From: a virus
Reading direction: 5' to 3' (one strand)
Virus record (IMG/VR): IMGVR_UViG_3300044974_000806
Length of the DNA stretch: 64,000 bases
Positions 10,109 through 20,694 of the stretch are shown in pieces. The notes under the pieces are model-generated. The model was not told where the DNA came from and made no database searches. It saw only the letters and a list, made by a program, of their open reading frames with translations. The translations under genes and the position numbers were made by a program. Position 1 is the first letter of the stretch. The number at the start of each line of letters is the position of its first letter.

Positions 10109-11428
10109 ATGAAATTTACTTCGTTATTAAAGTCGTTAATAGTTGAGCAGTCAAGATTTGAAGTGTTGTTTAACGCTTTGACAAAACCTGGCCAAGATAA
10201 AGAGGGAAAGAAAACAAAACCAAAGTTATCTAAGGATGAATTTTTGGCTCTTGTGCAAGCTGACCCAACAACCAGAATGAACAATGTTGATTTAGATACC
10301 GCGAGTTCAGAAGATTTAGCAAGAGTTAAAGCTGGTAGCTATGTTCAATGGTTAGTTAAGAATTACTTAATGCCAAAAACAGAAAGACAACCTGGTGATA
10401 ATGGGTATGAGAAAGAAGTAAAACAAGTTAAGGACACGTTCATGGAGGACTTGTATAAAGTTACCGATGACTTAAAAAAATTCGAAAGATTCAAAGGTAG
10501 ATTACCTAAGGAGATGAGAGATATTAACAAGTTGACTCCTGATTCATTATACGACGCTGTTAAAGATTTTGATTTAACTTTGGCTTCAACTACTAAAGCC
10601 GAAAGAAAAAGTGCTGAGGTTCACCCTGGTGCTAAATTAGTTTATGACGGTGAAAATTGGAGAGTTGTTGAAATTAAAGATAAAGGTGTTGTTGGTAAAG
10701 AAGCTGCATGTTTCTATGGTGGTAATAATCAAGAAACAAGATGGTGTACATCTGCACCAGGAGCTTCTTGGTTTGACAGATACATTAAAGACGGTCCATT
10801 ATATGTAGTATTCAATCCTAATGATACAGATGTTGCGCCAGGTACAGGATTACCTAAAACACGTTATCAATTCCATTTCCCTTCTAATCAATTTATGGAT
10901 AAGGATGACCGTCAACAAGATTTAGTTCAATTACTTAATGGTCCTATGCAAGAACTTAAGTCATTCTTTAAACCTGAGTTTGCAAAAGGATTGACTGTTG
11001 GTGGTGAAAAATTAGTTATTGATAGTTTTAGTCACGGAGCAATTGGTAAGTTTATTGCCTTATACGGTTTGGAAGACTTAATTGGAAGTTTACCTGACAC
11101 CCTTAAAGAATTCCAAATTCAAAATAGAGATGGAAAATCAAACGTAACAATTAACATACCTGAAGAAATAGGAAGATTTAAGGATTTACACATGATTCTA
11201 TTAGATAATTGTGTTGACAGTATTCCTGAATCTATTTGTGAATTACCTAAGTTAAGATTCTTAGCTTTGATTAACAATCCAGGTTTAAGAACCATCCCTT
11301 CATGTATTGCGGACCTACCTAACTTATATTTCTTGAATTTAAAAGGAAGTGATAATGTTCAGGTTCCTGAGTCAATCAAATCTAAGGGTACTGACATGGG
11401 TGGAGGTATGTGGGATTTACAGGACTAA
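10109..11428 (+). CDS. Hypothetical protein with C-terminal leucine-rich repeats.
   Basis: The C-terminus has LxxLxLxxN-like repeats (IPESICELPKLRFLALINNPGLRTIPSCIADLPNLYFLNLKGS). Confidence 0.5.
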   Translation: MKFTSLLKSLIVEQSRFEVLFNALTKPGQDKEGKKTKPKLSKDEFLALVQADPTTRMNNVDLDTASSEDLARVKAGSYVQWLVKNYLMPKTERQPGDNGYEKEVKQVKDTFMEDLYKVTDDLKKFERFKGRLPKEMRDINKLTPDSLYDAVKDFDLTLASTTKAERKSAEVHPGAKLVYDGENWRVVEIKDKGVVGKEAACFYGGNNQETRWCTSAPGASWFDRYIKDGPLYVVFNPNDTDVAPGTGLPKTRYQFHFPSNQFMDKDDRQQDLVQLLNGPMQELKSFFKPEFAKGLTVGGEKLVIDSFSHGAIGKFIALYGLEDLIGSLPDTLKEFQIQNRDGKSNVTINIPEEIGRFKDLHMILLDNCVDSIPESICELPKLRFLALINNPGLRTIPSCIADLPNLYFLNLKGSDNVQVPESIKSKGTDMGGGMWDLQD

Positions 11429-11791
11429 TTGTTTAACTTTCAAAAATTTAACATATGAGTGTTGATGTTGAAATATACATGAATGGCATTCTCAAATTCT
11501 TCAGAGAAAATCCAAATGATTTATTGAATCTGGTTCCAAAAACCAAAGAGGAAGAGTTTTATAAAAAAATCAAAGAAGTTGCTTTAAAAAATTATGAGAA
11601 GGGTGAGGAAGTTAGCCTTACCCAACCTCAACTTATTGATGTTTGTGTTGAAATTAATAAGCCTAAAGCCAAAAAAATTGAAAAATCTGTTAATCATCTT
11701 TTTGTTCAGACAAAATTTGGTGAATATTGTTTGAATTAAATTTGGTAGTCTGAAACGTTTAGATTATCTTTGTATTCTAAATCAATCAGAT

Positions 11792-12541
11792 ATGTTATCA
11801 ATAGAAACCCTCAAGCAAGTTACCCCGTCAGTATTCGCAACATCTCCATCCCCAAAGATGTCCCAAAAGTACACTTTCGTACCAACTATCGAAATCGTTG
11901 AAAATTTCGACAGAGAAGGTTGGAAGGTATATTCAGCCAAACAGGTTGGTTCAGGTCAATACGCACAACACGAATTACGTCTTCGTAATGGTGGTTTACC
12001 AAACGTAGGAGATTCTTTAATCGAAGCGGTTATCAGAAACTCACACAATGGTCTAAGTGCATTCTCAGTAAGTTCTGGTTTACACAGATTAGTTTGTTCT
12101 AACGGACTAACAGTTCCAACATCAGTTGCAGATTCTATTTCTGTTAAACACATGAAGTTTGACATGGGAATGGTGAGAGAAATCACAGACCAATTTGCAG
12201 AGAGACTTCCTGTAATTCAAAGGTCAGTTGGAAAGATGGAGACAACATTTCTTGAGGAAGATAGATTGGTTGATTTTGTTAACAAATCCGCTCTCATTCG
12301 TTGGGAGAAAGGTTCGTTACCTAAGATTAATGTTGAGGACTTCTTACGTCCTGAGAGAGACGGAGATGTAGGAAACTCAGTTTGGAAAACCTTCAATGTA
12401 ATTCAAGAGAAGTTTGTTCGTGGTGGGTTGAAATACCAATCAAAAAAAGGACGATTTACCTCAATGAAGGAGTTGAAAAACTTCCAAAACATCAATAAGA
12501 TTAATACTAATCTTTGGGAGCTAGCCGAATCTTATTGTTAA
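11792..12541 (+). CDS. DUF932-family phage/plasmid-like protein.
   Basis: IRNSHNGLSAFSVSSGLHRLVCSNGL resembles the conserved core of DUF932. Proteins of this family are typical of mobile elements. Confidence 0.45.
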   Translation: MLSIETLKQVTPSVFATSPSPKMSQKYTFVPTIEIVENFDREGWKVYSAKQVGSGQYAQHELRLRNGGLPNVGDSLIEAVIRNSHNGLSAFSVSSGLHRLVCSNGLTVPTSVADSISVKHMKFDMGMVREITDQFAERLPVIQRSVGKMETTFLEEDRLVDFVNKSALIRWEKGSLPKINVEDFLRPERDGDVGNSVWKTFNVIQEKFVRGGLKYQSKKGRFTSMKELKNFQNINKINTNLWELAESYC

Positions 12542-12589
12542 TTTAAATGGGGAATTAAATTTCCCCATTTTTTTTATTACATTTGACAA

Positions 12590-14284
12590 ATGAAAGAAGA
12601 AATTTTTAAAGTTAAGTTTGAGAAGTATGAGTGTGTGACATTTCACGACTCAACTACATTGTCATATCCACACCCAAGAATAAACAATCCTTTAACGGTA
12701 GAATCTCCTTCATGGATTGATGAAGAGGTTGAAGAAAAACCACAACGAACTCCAAAAAAAAGAAATGAAAGATTGGTTTGGATAGAAAAAGAAAATTTTG
12801 ATTCTGACGAGAAATATATCGAAAATTACGGAAACCCTCTAACCAAGGTTTGTAAAACTTATTCCATGGTTGTTGTTGAAAAACAAGAACATAAAGTTTC
12901 TATGAAATTATTTTGGGGTTTCAGAGAAAGAAGAGTTGGAAATACTTGGTTTAAAACAAGTAAAAATGTTGAGTACATTACTGTGAATACAAAAACAGGT
13001 GATGTATACACAGGATATTTGCATAATTTTCAAAAAAAGAGAAAGGCAACAAAAAAAATAAATAAAAACTCTTTTATTTCTGAACCAATCAATACGTTTA
13101 AGATGAAACTCAGAAACCTCCTTACTACTTTTACGACAAAACATTATGAGATATCTATGGAGGCAATTTCTAAGTTTATTTTTGAAATAGACAAAAGAGA
13201 AGATTTTGAAAAGTTAGATTTTGAAAAAAGATTATTTAGATTTTATTTAAATAATAAAGGAATAAAATACCCAAACAATTTTCACCTTTATTCTAAAGTA
13301 TTAATTGGACCAAAAATTAGAAAAGAGTTAAAAAAACGCGACAAAAAATTGGTTGATGCGTTTATGGGGGAAAAAGGGTTGTCTGGTAAAAAACTAAAGA
13401 CCGCATTACATAAATGTTCTTCATTGAATATAGGACTTTATGAGTGTGCTAAAAAATTGTTTGGGGATGATTGGGTAAACCAAGAGCCAGATTTCATTAT
13501 CAATACTTTGAACTGTGAACATAGTAATTTTGACAGGTCTGTTCCTGTTGAGTTTGTAAATGTTATCAGTAAAGAAGAACTTAGACGAGTTTTTAGGTTA
13601 TTCAAACGAGTGTATTTTGATGGTGTGTTAGATTACTTTACTTTCATAGACCACATCCGTATGTATACTGAACTTAAATTATATGGTGAACAGGATTTGA
13701 AATGGATGAGTGATGAGGACAGTAAGGAGTTTTTCAGAGAAGAACATTTGGATTGGACCGACAAGATACAGTTTTACAAGAGAGGTCACTACAATAGGAT
13801 ATATCCAACATGTTTGTACGATTTGATTGAGAAACCAATAGGTGATTATTATCCAGTGGTTCTTAATAGCTCAACGAATTATAATGAGGAGAGTTCATTA
13901 CAGTCAAATTGTGTGAAAACATATATCGGTAGACCATCGTCTTTAATCATTTCATTAAGAAAAGGTTCTCCAAATGCTGATGATAGAGCAACAATTGAAT
14001 ACAAACTTTCAAACAATGGAAATTATGTTGTTAGTAATAGAGTACAAAGTTTGGGTAGGTTTAATAGTAAACTTGACGAACATTGGATAACTCCTCTATT
14101 TAAATTAGATGAACATGTATTATCTTATGTTAAAGATAAAAAGTTTGAAACTGTTAAGTTAACCAAGAAATGTGCAAACGGAACTCTATTAGAATCTGAT
14201 TCAGAATGGGACGAGTTTGGTACGTTGAGGTGGACGTATAAAGGAATCGAAGGAATACACCAAAGTATATTTAATTGGATATAA
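12590..14284 (+). CDS. Large hypothetical protein.
   Basis: ORF of 564 aa, Lys-rich, with no recognised motif. It is adjacent to the DUF932 gene, and in other mobile elements DUF932 often pairs with PcfJ-like proteins. That identity is unverified here. Confidence 0.45.
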   Translation: MKEEIFKVKFEKYECVTFHDSTTLSYPHPRINNPLTVESPSWIDEEVEEKPQRTPKKRNERLVWIEKENFDSDEKYIENYGNPLTKVCKTYSMVVVEKQEHKVSMKLFWGFRERRVGNTWFKTSKNVEYITVNTKTGDVYTGYLHNFQKKRKATKKINKNSFISEPINTFKMKLRNLLTTFTTKHYEISMEAISKFIFEIDKREDFEKLDFEKRLFRFYLNNKGIKYPNNFHLYSKVLIGPKIRKELKKRDKKLVDAFMGEKGLSGKKLKTALHKCSSLNIGLYECAKKLFGDDWVNQEPDFIINTLNCEHSNFDRSVPVEFVNVISKEELRRVFRLFKRVYFDGVLDYFTFIDHIRMYTELKLYGEQDLKWMSDEDSKEFFREEHLDWTDKIQFYKRGHYNRIYPTCLYDLIEKPIGDYYPVVLNSSTNYNEESSLQSNCVKTYIGRPSSLIISLRKGSPNADDRATIEYKLSNNGNYVVSNRVQSLGRFNSKLDEHWITPLFKLDEHVLSYVKDKKFETVKLTKKCANGTLLESDSEWDEFGTLRWTYKGIEGIHQSIFNWI

Positions 14285-14608
14285 TGAATAAACCATATTA
14301 CATACAAAATTTAGAATCCAAAGAAGGCGCTCTATCGGAAGTCGTTTGTCATCAATTGGAAGGAGAATTTTTTAAGTTTTTAAATAAAAAGAAACTTATG
14401 ACGGTTTATGAAAAAGTATCTTCAAATAAAGAGGGATTAATCAAACATGAAGAAGTAATTTTCAGAAGCCAACAAGGATTTTATTTATGTATTGAAAACA
14501 AAACACAAATATCCGCAGAGCCCAAATTTAATCTAACTATTTATTATAAAGTAGAACAAAATACTGAGTTATTTATGTTCTTATCACAATTATTAAAACA
14601 ATTTAAAA

Positions 14609-14932
14609 ATGACACAACAACTAACAAGTGAGGAATTAAAACAAAAGATTACAAGTAATGAAAACTTTGTTCTTGATTTATTTGCCACATGGTGTGGACC
14701 ATGTAAGATAATGTTATCTAACTTAGAAAAGGTTAACGAATCATTAATCAAAGAATCTAACGGCTCACCATCATATAATGTATACAAATTCAACATTGAA
14801 GATGACATGGATTTGATGGCAGAGTGGGGTGTTAGAGGTGTACCAACCATAAAAGTATTTAAGGAAGGAAAAGAGACATTCTCTCGTGCTGGTGTTATGT
14901 CACCTGACATGGTTCTTTCCCAACTAAATTAA
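14609..14932 (+). CDS. trx: Thioredoxin.
   Basis: WCGPCK active-site motif in a protein of about 107 aa with a thioredoxin fold. Confidence 0.8.
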   Translation: MTQQLTSEELKQKITSNENFVLDLFATWCGPCKIMLSNLEKVNESLIKESNGSPSYNVYKFNIEDDMDLMAEWGVRGVPTIKVFKEGKETFSRAGVMSPDMVLSQLN

Positions 14933-14936
14933 TGTT

Positions 14937-15236
14937 ATGAAAGAATTAAATGTTATTGTTTATACAATGAAAGGTTGTCCCTTCTGTGTTGACTTCAAAG
15001 AAATGTTAACCAAAGAGGGTATTGAGTTCTATGATAGAGATATTGATGAATATAAAGACGAATATGATACCTTCAGTGAAATAACTGAAAATGATATGAT
15101 TCCAGCTTTATTAATTATTGAAGGGAATGGTAAAAATTATAAATCATTCTTATATGCTCCTGATAGAAACTACAACGAATTAACCGAAGCGGTTCAGATT
15201 ATAAAAGAACACCGTAAAAAAGTTGGAATTGTTTAA
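14937..15236 (+). CDS. Glutaredoxin / NrdH-like redoxin.
   Basis: CPFC active site near the N-terminus of a 99 aa protein, immediately downstream of the thioredoxin gene. Confidence 0.6.
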   Translation: MKELNVIVYTMKGCPFCVDFKEMLTKEGIEFYDRDIDEYKDEYDTFSEITENDMIPALLIIEGNGKNYKSFLYAPDRNYNELTEAVQIIKEHRKKVGIV

Positions 15237-15979
15237 AAAATAACAAAGTCTTTATTTCTTTTCTTAACGAAAGGATATTCTTCAAGTGGATTTGTGAGTT
15301 CAATACTCCAATCCACTTTTTTCATTTCTGAATTAATTGATGACATATCAAAATCAAATACATCAAGAATTGCGGAACGTAGAATCTCATCATCAGACTC
15401 TTTATACGAGTTATAAACCGAAATAATATTTTCACCTTCCTCGTTTTTATCTGTTGATAGAGTAAATGATATGGTAGATACGGGATAATTTAAAGGTATA
15501 CTATAAAAGATGTGTTTTCCATAAAGATATATTAATCTACCTTGGTTTAAAGAATGACCATGTGGAAATTCAGAAGTTATTATCAATTGGTCGTCATTAA
15601 ATTCAATTGGTTGGTACTCAAACGAATATGAGTTTTCACTCTCAACAAAATTACTAATTTGAGTTTTATGGTATGAACAATTTTCGGATTTATGTAAAGT
15701 GAATGATAACTCTTTTACTTTGGGTAATCTAATACCGTACTCAATAAGGTCTATTGTATGGGATATTGGAAATTTTGGGTTGTATTTTTCATTAAACTCG
15801 GTAGATATTGAATTTATGTCCAATATTTCTTTATGCGAGGTTTGACCTTTTATTACTATAAAATTTTTACAATCAGATATGGATATAACCGTATCTTCTG
15901 TTTGTGGTATTTTGGATAAAATAAAATCGGCAAATAAATTAACAGTATAAACCCGACTGTTCTTTTTCTTTAGAATCAT
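15233..15979 (-). CDS. Hypothetical protein.
   Basis: Minus-strand ORF of 248 aa, convergent with the redoxin genes. Confidence 0.45.
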   Translation of the reverse strand: MILKKKNSRVYTVNLFADFILSKIPQTEDTVISISDCKNFIVIKGQTSHKEILDINSISTEFNEKYNPKFPISHTIDLIEYGIRLPKVKELSFTLHKSENCSYHKTQISNFVESENSYSFEYQPIEFNDDQLIITSEFPHGHSLNQGRLIYLYGKHIFYSIPLNYPVSTISFTLSTDKNEEGENIISVYNSYKESDDEILRSAILDVFDFDMSSINSEMKKVDWSIELTNPLEEYPFVKKRNKDFVIF

Positions 15980-16102
15980 TAAAACAAGACTTAATATTTA
16001 TTGTTGAGGAAATTATAATAAATTTTATAAACAAAACGAATACAATTGTTTGGTAAATAACGAATCTTAGTTGTATTTATAACATAATAGAAATACATTT
16101 TC

Positions 16103-18502
16103 ATGGCTAAAAATATTGTAATCACCCCAAGAGTATCTGTACCCAACATATCATTTGACAATGGAGGGGAAATTACGTTGACGGTGACCCAAGGTGCAAG
16201 GATAAATTTTAATACTTCTTCTCAATCCAATCTACTTTACATTGATATTTCTAACAAAATAATTTCTGTTGGAAATACTCTTAACGTTAAAGATAATTTA
16301 ACCGTTGGCGGAACTCAAGTTATTAATGGAACTGCAAATTGGGTTGGTCCAACAACTGGTATTTTGGGGAGTCAAGGTGCTAAAGGAGGCACAGGGGCTC
16401 AAGGTAGTGTAGGTGAAATAGGGTCTACAGGTGCACAAGGTACTCAAGGACCTAATAATACAACTCAAGGAGCGCAAGGAGCCACAGGAAATGTTCAAGG
16501 TGCTCAAGGACCTCAAGGCGATATTGGAGCGACAGGCCCCCAAGGACCAACAGGTTCACAAGGTAGTTTGGGACCAACAGGTGCACAAGGTAATACAGGC
16601 GCACAAGGTAATACAGGAGCCCAAGGTCATACAGGAGCTCAAGGAGCAACAGGACCAACAGGACCAACAGGAACTCAAGGTAACACAGGACATCCAGGAG
16701 CTCAAGGAGCAACAGGACCAACAGGACCAACAGGAACTCAAGGTAACACAGGACATCCAGGAGCTCAAGGAGCAACAGGACCAACAGGAAACACAGGAGC
16801 CACAGGACCAACAGGTTCACAAGGAGGAATAGGACCAACAGGACCAACAGGTGCACAAGGTAATACAGGTTCAACAGGACATCCTGGTGCTCAAGGAAAC
16901 ACAGGTCCAACAGGGCCAACAGGTAACACAGGACCAACAGGTAATACAGGCGCTCAGGGTTCAACAGGGCCAACGGGACCAACAGGTTCACAAGGAGCAA
17001 CAGGTCACCCTGGAGCTCAAGGAGCCACTGGTACTACAGGACCAACAGGTAATACAGGACCAACAGGTAATACAGGAGCCCAAGGAACAACAGGTCCGAC
17101 AGGACCAACAGGTTCACAAGGAGCAACAGGTCACCCTGGAGCTCAAGGAGCCACTGGTACGACAGGACCAATAGGTAATACAGGACCAACAGGTAATATA
17201 GGTGCTCAGGGTTCAACAGGACCAAAGGGACCACAAGGTTCACAAGGAGCAACAGGTCACCCTGGTGCACAAGGTTCAGGAGGTGCAACGGGAGCACAAG
17301 GTTCAACAGGAGGACAAGGAGCCCAAGGTTCTCAAGGAGGTGTGGGACCAACGGGACCACAAGGTTCACAAGGAGCAACAGGTCACCCTGGTGCACAAGG
17401 TTCAGGAGGTGCAACGGGAGCACAAGGTTCAACAGGAGGACAAGGAGCCCAAGGTTCTCAAGGAGGTGTGGGACCAACAGGAGCCCAAGGTAATCCTGGT
17501 GCAACAGGACACCCTGGTGCACAAGGTGCTACGGGTGTAACAGGAGCACAAGGTTCAACAGGAGGACAAGGAGCCCAAGGTTCTCAAGGAGGTGTGGGAC
17601 CAACAGGAGCCCAAGGTAATCCTGGTGCAACAGGACACCCTGGTGCACAAGGTTCAGGAGGTGCAACGGGTAATCAGGGTGCTCAAGGAGTTGGTGCATA
17701 TCAAGGAGCACAAGGGGCTCCTGGTGTGAGTGCTGGAGGACAAGGAGCCCAAGGAGCTCAAGGTACAAATGGAACTCCTGGAGGACAGGGTGCACAAGGT
17801 GCGATAGGTTTTACACCAGGTACCTCAGGACCACAAGGAGCCCAGGGTGCTGGAGGACCAGGTGGAGGTCCAGGACCAACAGGTGCTCAAGGTAACGTTG
17901 GACCAACGGCAACAACTTGTTATTCCCATTCAGGATGTGCTGGTTCTAGTGTTCTCCAAGCTTGTAATTGCGTTCAAACCGCATTTTATTATCAACAAAC
18001 TTCGTTTAACGACTTCCAAGGAATAAAATATAATAATTTAACCAATTGTCAAAACTCTACTTGTGATTGGAATGGTACTTATGATTATGTTGGTAGTGCT
18101 GCGGCTGCTTATGGTGCTTTAGGTTATAGTTGTGGTAGTGGTGGTACAGGATATCTTTGTGGTGGTTCACCATATTCAGATGAGAGACTAAAAAATGGAA
18201 TTGAGACTCTTAAAAATGCTTTAGAAAACATAATGAAGATTGAGGCGGTTGAATATGATTGGAATGAAAATTTAAGAGAATACGAATATTTCAAAACCCA
18301 ACAAAAATTACATACAATAGGACTTATTGCCCAAAACGTTAGATTATATTATCCTGAAGCGGTAAGAATTAATAATGACGGGTATTATTCAATTGATTAT
18401 ACAAAATTAAATGCTGTGTTGGTAGAAGGTATCAAAGAGCAATCAATATTTATCGAAAGTATCGATAAAGAATTAGATTATATAGAAACAAAACTTAGTT
18501 AA
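16103..18502 (+). CDS. Collagen-like fibre protein 1 with a Cys-rich module and a C-terminal Peptidase_S74 intramolecular-chaperone domain. Putative tail fibre.
   Basis: About 500 aa of uninterrupted Gly-X-Y triplets (GAQG, GPTG, GHPGAQG), then a Cys-rich segment, then [31 protein letters not shown], which is the S74 auto-cleaving chaperone signature. The N-terminus MAKNIVITP is shared with the next two genes. Confidence 0.8.
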   Translation: MAKNIVITPRVSVPNISFDNGGEITLTVTQGARINFNTSSQSNLLYIDISNKIISVGNTLNVKDNLTVGGTQVINGTANWVGPTTGILGSQGAKGGTGAQGSVGEIGSTGAQGTQGPNNTTQGAQGATGNVQGAQGPQGDIGATGPQGPTGSQGSLGPTGAQGNTGAQGNTGAQGHTGAQGATGPTGPTGTQGNTGHPGAQGATGPTGPTGTQGNTGHPGAQGATGPTGNTGATGPTGSQGGIGPTGPTGAQGNTGSTGHPGAQGNTGPTGPTGNTGPTGNTGAQGSTGPTGPTGSQGATGHPGAQGATGTTGPTGNTGPTGNTGAQGTTGPTGPTGSQGATGHPGAQGATGTTGPIGNTGPTGNIGAQGSTGPKGPQGSQGATGHPGAQGSGGATGAQGSTGGQGAQGSQGGVGPTGPQGSQGATGHPGAQGSGGATGAQGSTGGQGAQGSQGGVGPTGAQGNPGATGHPGAQGATGVTGAQGSTGGQGAQGSQGGVGPTGAQGNPGATGHPGAQGSGGATGNQGAQGVGAYQGAQGAPGVSAGGQGAQGAQGTNGTPGGQGAQGAIGFTPGTSGPQGAQGAGGPGGGPGPTGAQGNVGPTATTCYSHSGCAGSSVLQACNCVQTAFYYQQTSFNDFQGIKYNNLTNCQNSTCDWNGTYDYVGSAAAAYGALGYSCGSGGTGYLCGGSPYSDERLKNGIETLKNALENIMKIEAVEYDWNENLREYEYFKTQQKLHTIGLIAQNVRLYYPEAVRINNDGYYSIDYTKLNAVLVEGIKEQSIFIESIDKELDYIETKLS
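16380..17900. repeat. Tandem 9-nt-periodic GXY-coding DNA repeat array with nested longer repeats.
   Basis: Blocks of 54-120 nt recur, for example the ...CAAGGAGCAACAGGTCACCCTGG... blocks. They also generate long spurious antisense ORFs. Confidence 0.85.
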
Positions 18503-20694
18503 TGGCTAATATTATAATATATCCCCAAGGTAATGTAGGAAATACGAATCCACAAGTTGTTTTCAATGACGGTTCTACCACATTGCAATTCAATGTTGGA
18601 GTATCGACATTAACTCTTTCATCTAGTACTGTATCTTCAGGTGTTCAATTAGGACCACAAAATGTTGTTGTTTCAGGCGCTAGTGCGCAAGGTACAAGTA
18701 TCTCAGAAGGAAACGTATACGTTGGTGGGGTTAAAATGATTAACTATGACGCAACTTGGGTTGGTCCATCATCAGGAATTGCGGGGGCACAAGGACCAAC
18801 AGGTGCACAAGGTAATACAGGTGCACAAGGTAACAAAGGAGGACAGGGTTCTCAAGGAGCAACAGGAAGTTTAGGAGCGGATGGAGCTCAAGGGCCAATT
18901 GGACCTCAAGGGTCTCAAGGAAATGTTGGTTTCCAAGGAACACAAGGTTTCCAAGGACCAACAGGACCAACAGGTGCTCAAGGTGCTAATACAGGGGCGC
19001 AAGGAAATACAGGAGCACAAGGAGGACAAGGGGCTCAAGGTACCCAAGGTGCGAACACGGGAGCTCAAGGAAACACAGGTCCAACAGGACCAACAGGTGC
19101 TCAAGGGACACAAGGAGCCAATACAGGTGCTCAAGGAAACACAGGTCCAACAGGACCAACAGGTGCTCAAGGGACACAAGGAGCCAATACAGGTGCTCAA
19201 GGACCAACAGGACCACAAGGGGCTCAAGGACCTACTGGCCCGACAGGGGCACAAGGTCCAACTGGACCACAAGGAGCTCAAGGTTCGACAGGTGCTCAAG
19301 GTACACAAGGTGCTAATACAGGAGCCCAAGGTGCTTTAGGTTCTCAAGGAGCACAAGGACCAACAGGACCACAAGGAGCACAAGGTACAACAGGACCACA
19401 AGGTACAACAGGACCACAAGGTGCTCAAGGTACACAAGGGGCTAATACAGGTGCCCAAGGTGCTTTAGGTTCTCAAGGAGCACAAGGTCCAACAGGACCA
19501 CAAGGTGCTCAAGGGACAGGAGGACCACAAGGTACAACAGGACCACAAGGTGCTCAAGGGTCTCAAGGAGGAAGTACAGGAGCCCAAGGTGCTTTAGGTT
19601 CTCAAGGAGCACAAGGTCCAACAGGACCACAAGGTGCTCAAGGGACAGGAGGACCACAAGGGCCAACAGGTATATCAGGAGCTCAAGGTACACAAGGAGC
19701 CAATACAGGAGGACAAGGAAATGTTGGTAATACAGGAGCTCAAGGTGCTGTAGGGTTCCAAGGAGCTGGAGGTCCAGGAGGACCACAAGGTACAACAGGA
19801 CCACAAGGTGCTCAAGGGTCTCAAGGAGGAAGTACAGGAGGACAAGGAAATGTTGGTAATACAGGGGCTCAAGGCGCTGTAGGGTTCCAAGGAGCTGGAG
19901 GTCCAGGAGGACCACAAGGTTCTCAAGGACCACAAGGAGCCCAAGGTTCTCAAGGTGGAAATACAGGTGCTCAAGGACCTTTAGGAAATGTTGGTGCTCA
20001 AGGTGCTGTAGGGTTCCAAGGAGCTGGAGGTCCAGGAGGACCACAAGGTTCTCAAGGACCACAAGGAGCCCAAGGTTCTCAAGGTGGAAGTACAGGTGCT
20101 CAAGGCGCTCAAGGTTCTCAAGGAGACGGTGGAGGTACTTTATCTGGACCACAAGGAGCTCAAGGAGCCCAAGGTGCGGTAGGTACACCTGGTGCAACAG
20201 GAGCCCAAGGTGCGGCAGGTAACAATGGTACAACAGGAGCCCAAGGTGCTCAAGGACCCTCAGGTGGAATACCAACAGGTAATACAGGAGCACAAGGTGG
20301 ACCAGGACCAACAGGACCACAAGGTGCTCAAGGTTCACAAGGACCACCATCAGATAGAAGATTGAAAGATAATATCAAGAAACTTGAAAATGTTATTGAT
20401 ACTGCAAAAAAAATACAAGGGGTTTCTTTTGAATGGGATGAAACTCATGAAAAAATATCAAAACATGAGTATATCCACTTCAAGTCTGCGTTTTCTGGAA
20501 CTGCAATTGGATTCATTGCTCAAGAGATAGAAAAAGTTGTCCCTGATGTTGTATTTACAAGTGACGATGGATTCAAATCGGTTGAATACGGACAATTAGT
20601 TAGTATTGGTGTTGGAGCGGTTCAAGAACAACAAACAAGGATAGAATCTATTTATAAAAGAATAAACAAACTTAAAGAAGTAATAGGTGGCTGA
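18502..20694 (+). CDS. Collagen-like fibre protein 2 with a C-terminal Peptidase_S74 chaperone domain.
   Basis: Paralogous N-terminus MANIIIYP, a long GXY array, and [31 protein letters not shown]. The start overlaps the upstream stop (TAATG). Confidence 0.8.
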   Translation: MANIIIYPQGNVGNTNPQVVFNDGSTTLQFNVGVSTLTLSSSTVSSGVQLGPQNVVVSGASAQGTSISEGNVYVGGVKMINYDATWVGPSSGIAGAQGPTGAQGNTGAQGNKGGQGSQGATGSLGADGAQGPIGPQGSQGNVGFQGTQGFQGPTGPTGAQGANTGAQGNTGAQGGQGAQGTQGANTGAQGNTGPTGPTGAQGTQGANTGAQGNTGPTGPTGAQGTQGANTGAQGPTGPQGAQGPTGPTGAQGPTGPQGAQGSTGAQGTQGANTGAQGALGSQGAQGPTGPQGAQGTTGPQGTTGPQGAQGTQGANTGAQGALGSQGAQGPTGPQGAQGTGGPQGTTGPQGAQGSQGGSTGAQGALGSQGAQGPTGPQGAQGTGGPQGPTGISGAQGTQGANTGGQGNVGNTGAQGAVGFQGAGGPGGPQGTTGPQGAQGSQGGSTGGQGNVGNTGAQGAVGFQGAGGPGGPQGSQGPQGAQGSQGGNTGAQGPLGNVGAQGAVGFQGAGGPGGPQGSQGPQGAQGSQGGSTGAQGAQGSQGDGGGTLSGPQGAQGAQGAVGTPGATGAQGAAGNNGTTGAQGAQGPSGGIPTGNTGAQGGPGPTGPQGAQGSQGPPSDRRLKDNIKKLENVIDTAKKIQGVSFEWDETHEKISKHEYIHFKSAFSGTAIGFIAQEIEKVVPDVVFTSDDGFKSVEYGQLVSIGVGAVQEQQTRIESIYKRINKLKEVIGG
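18780..20340. repeat. Tandem GXY-coding DNA repeat array.
   Basis: Repeated GCTCAAGG / CAAGGTGCTAATACAGG units and near-identical blocks of about 120 nt. Confidence 0.85.
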
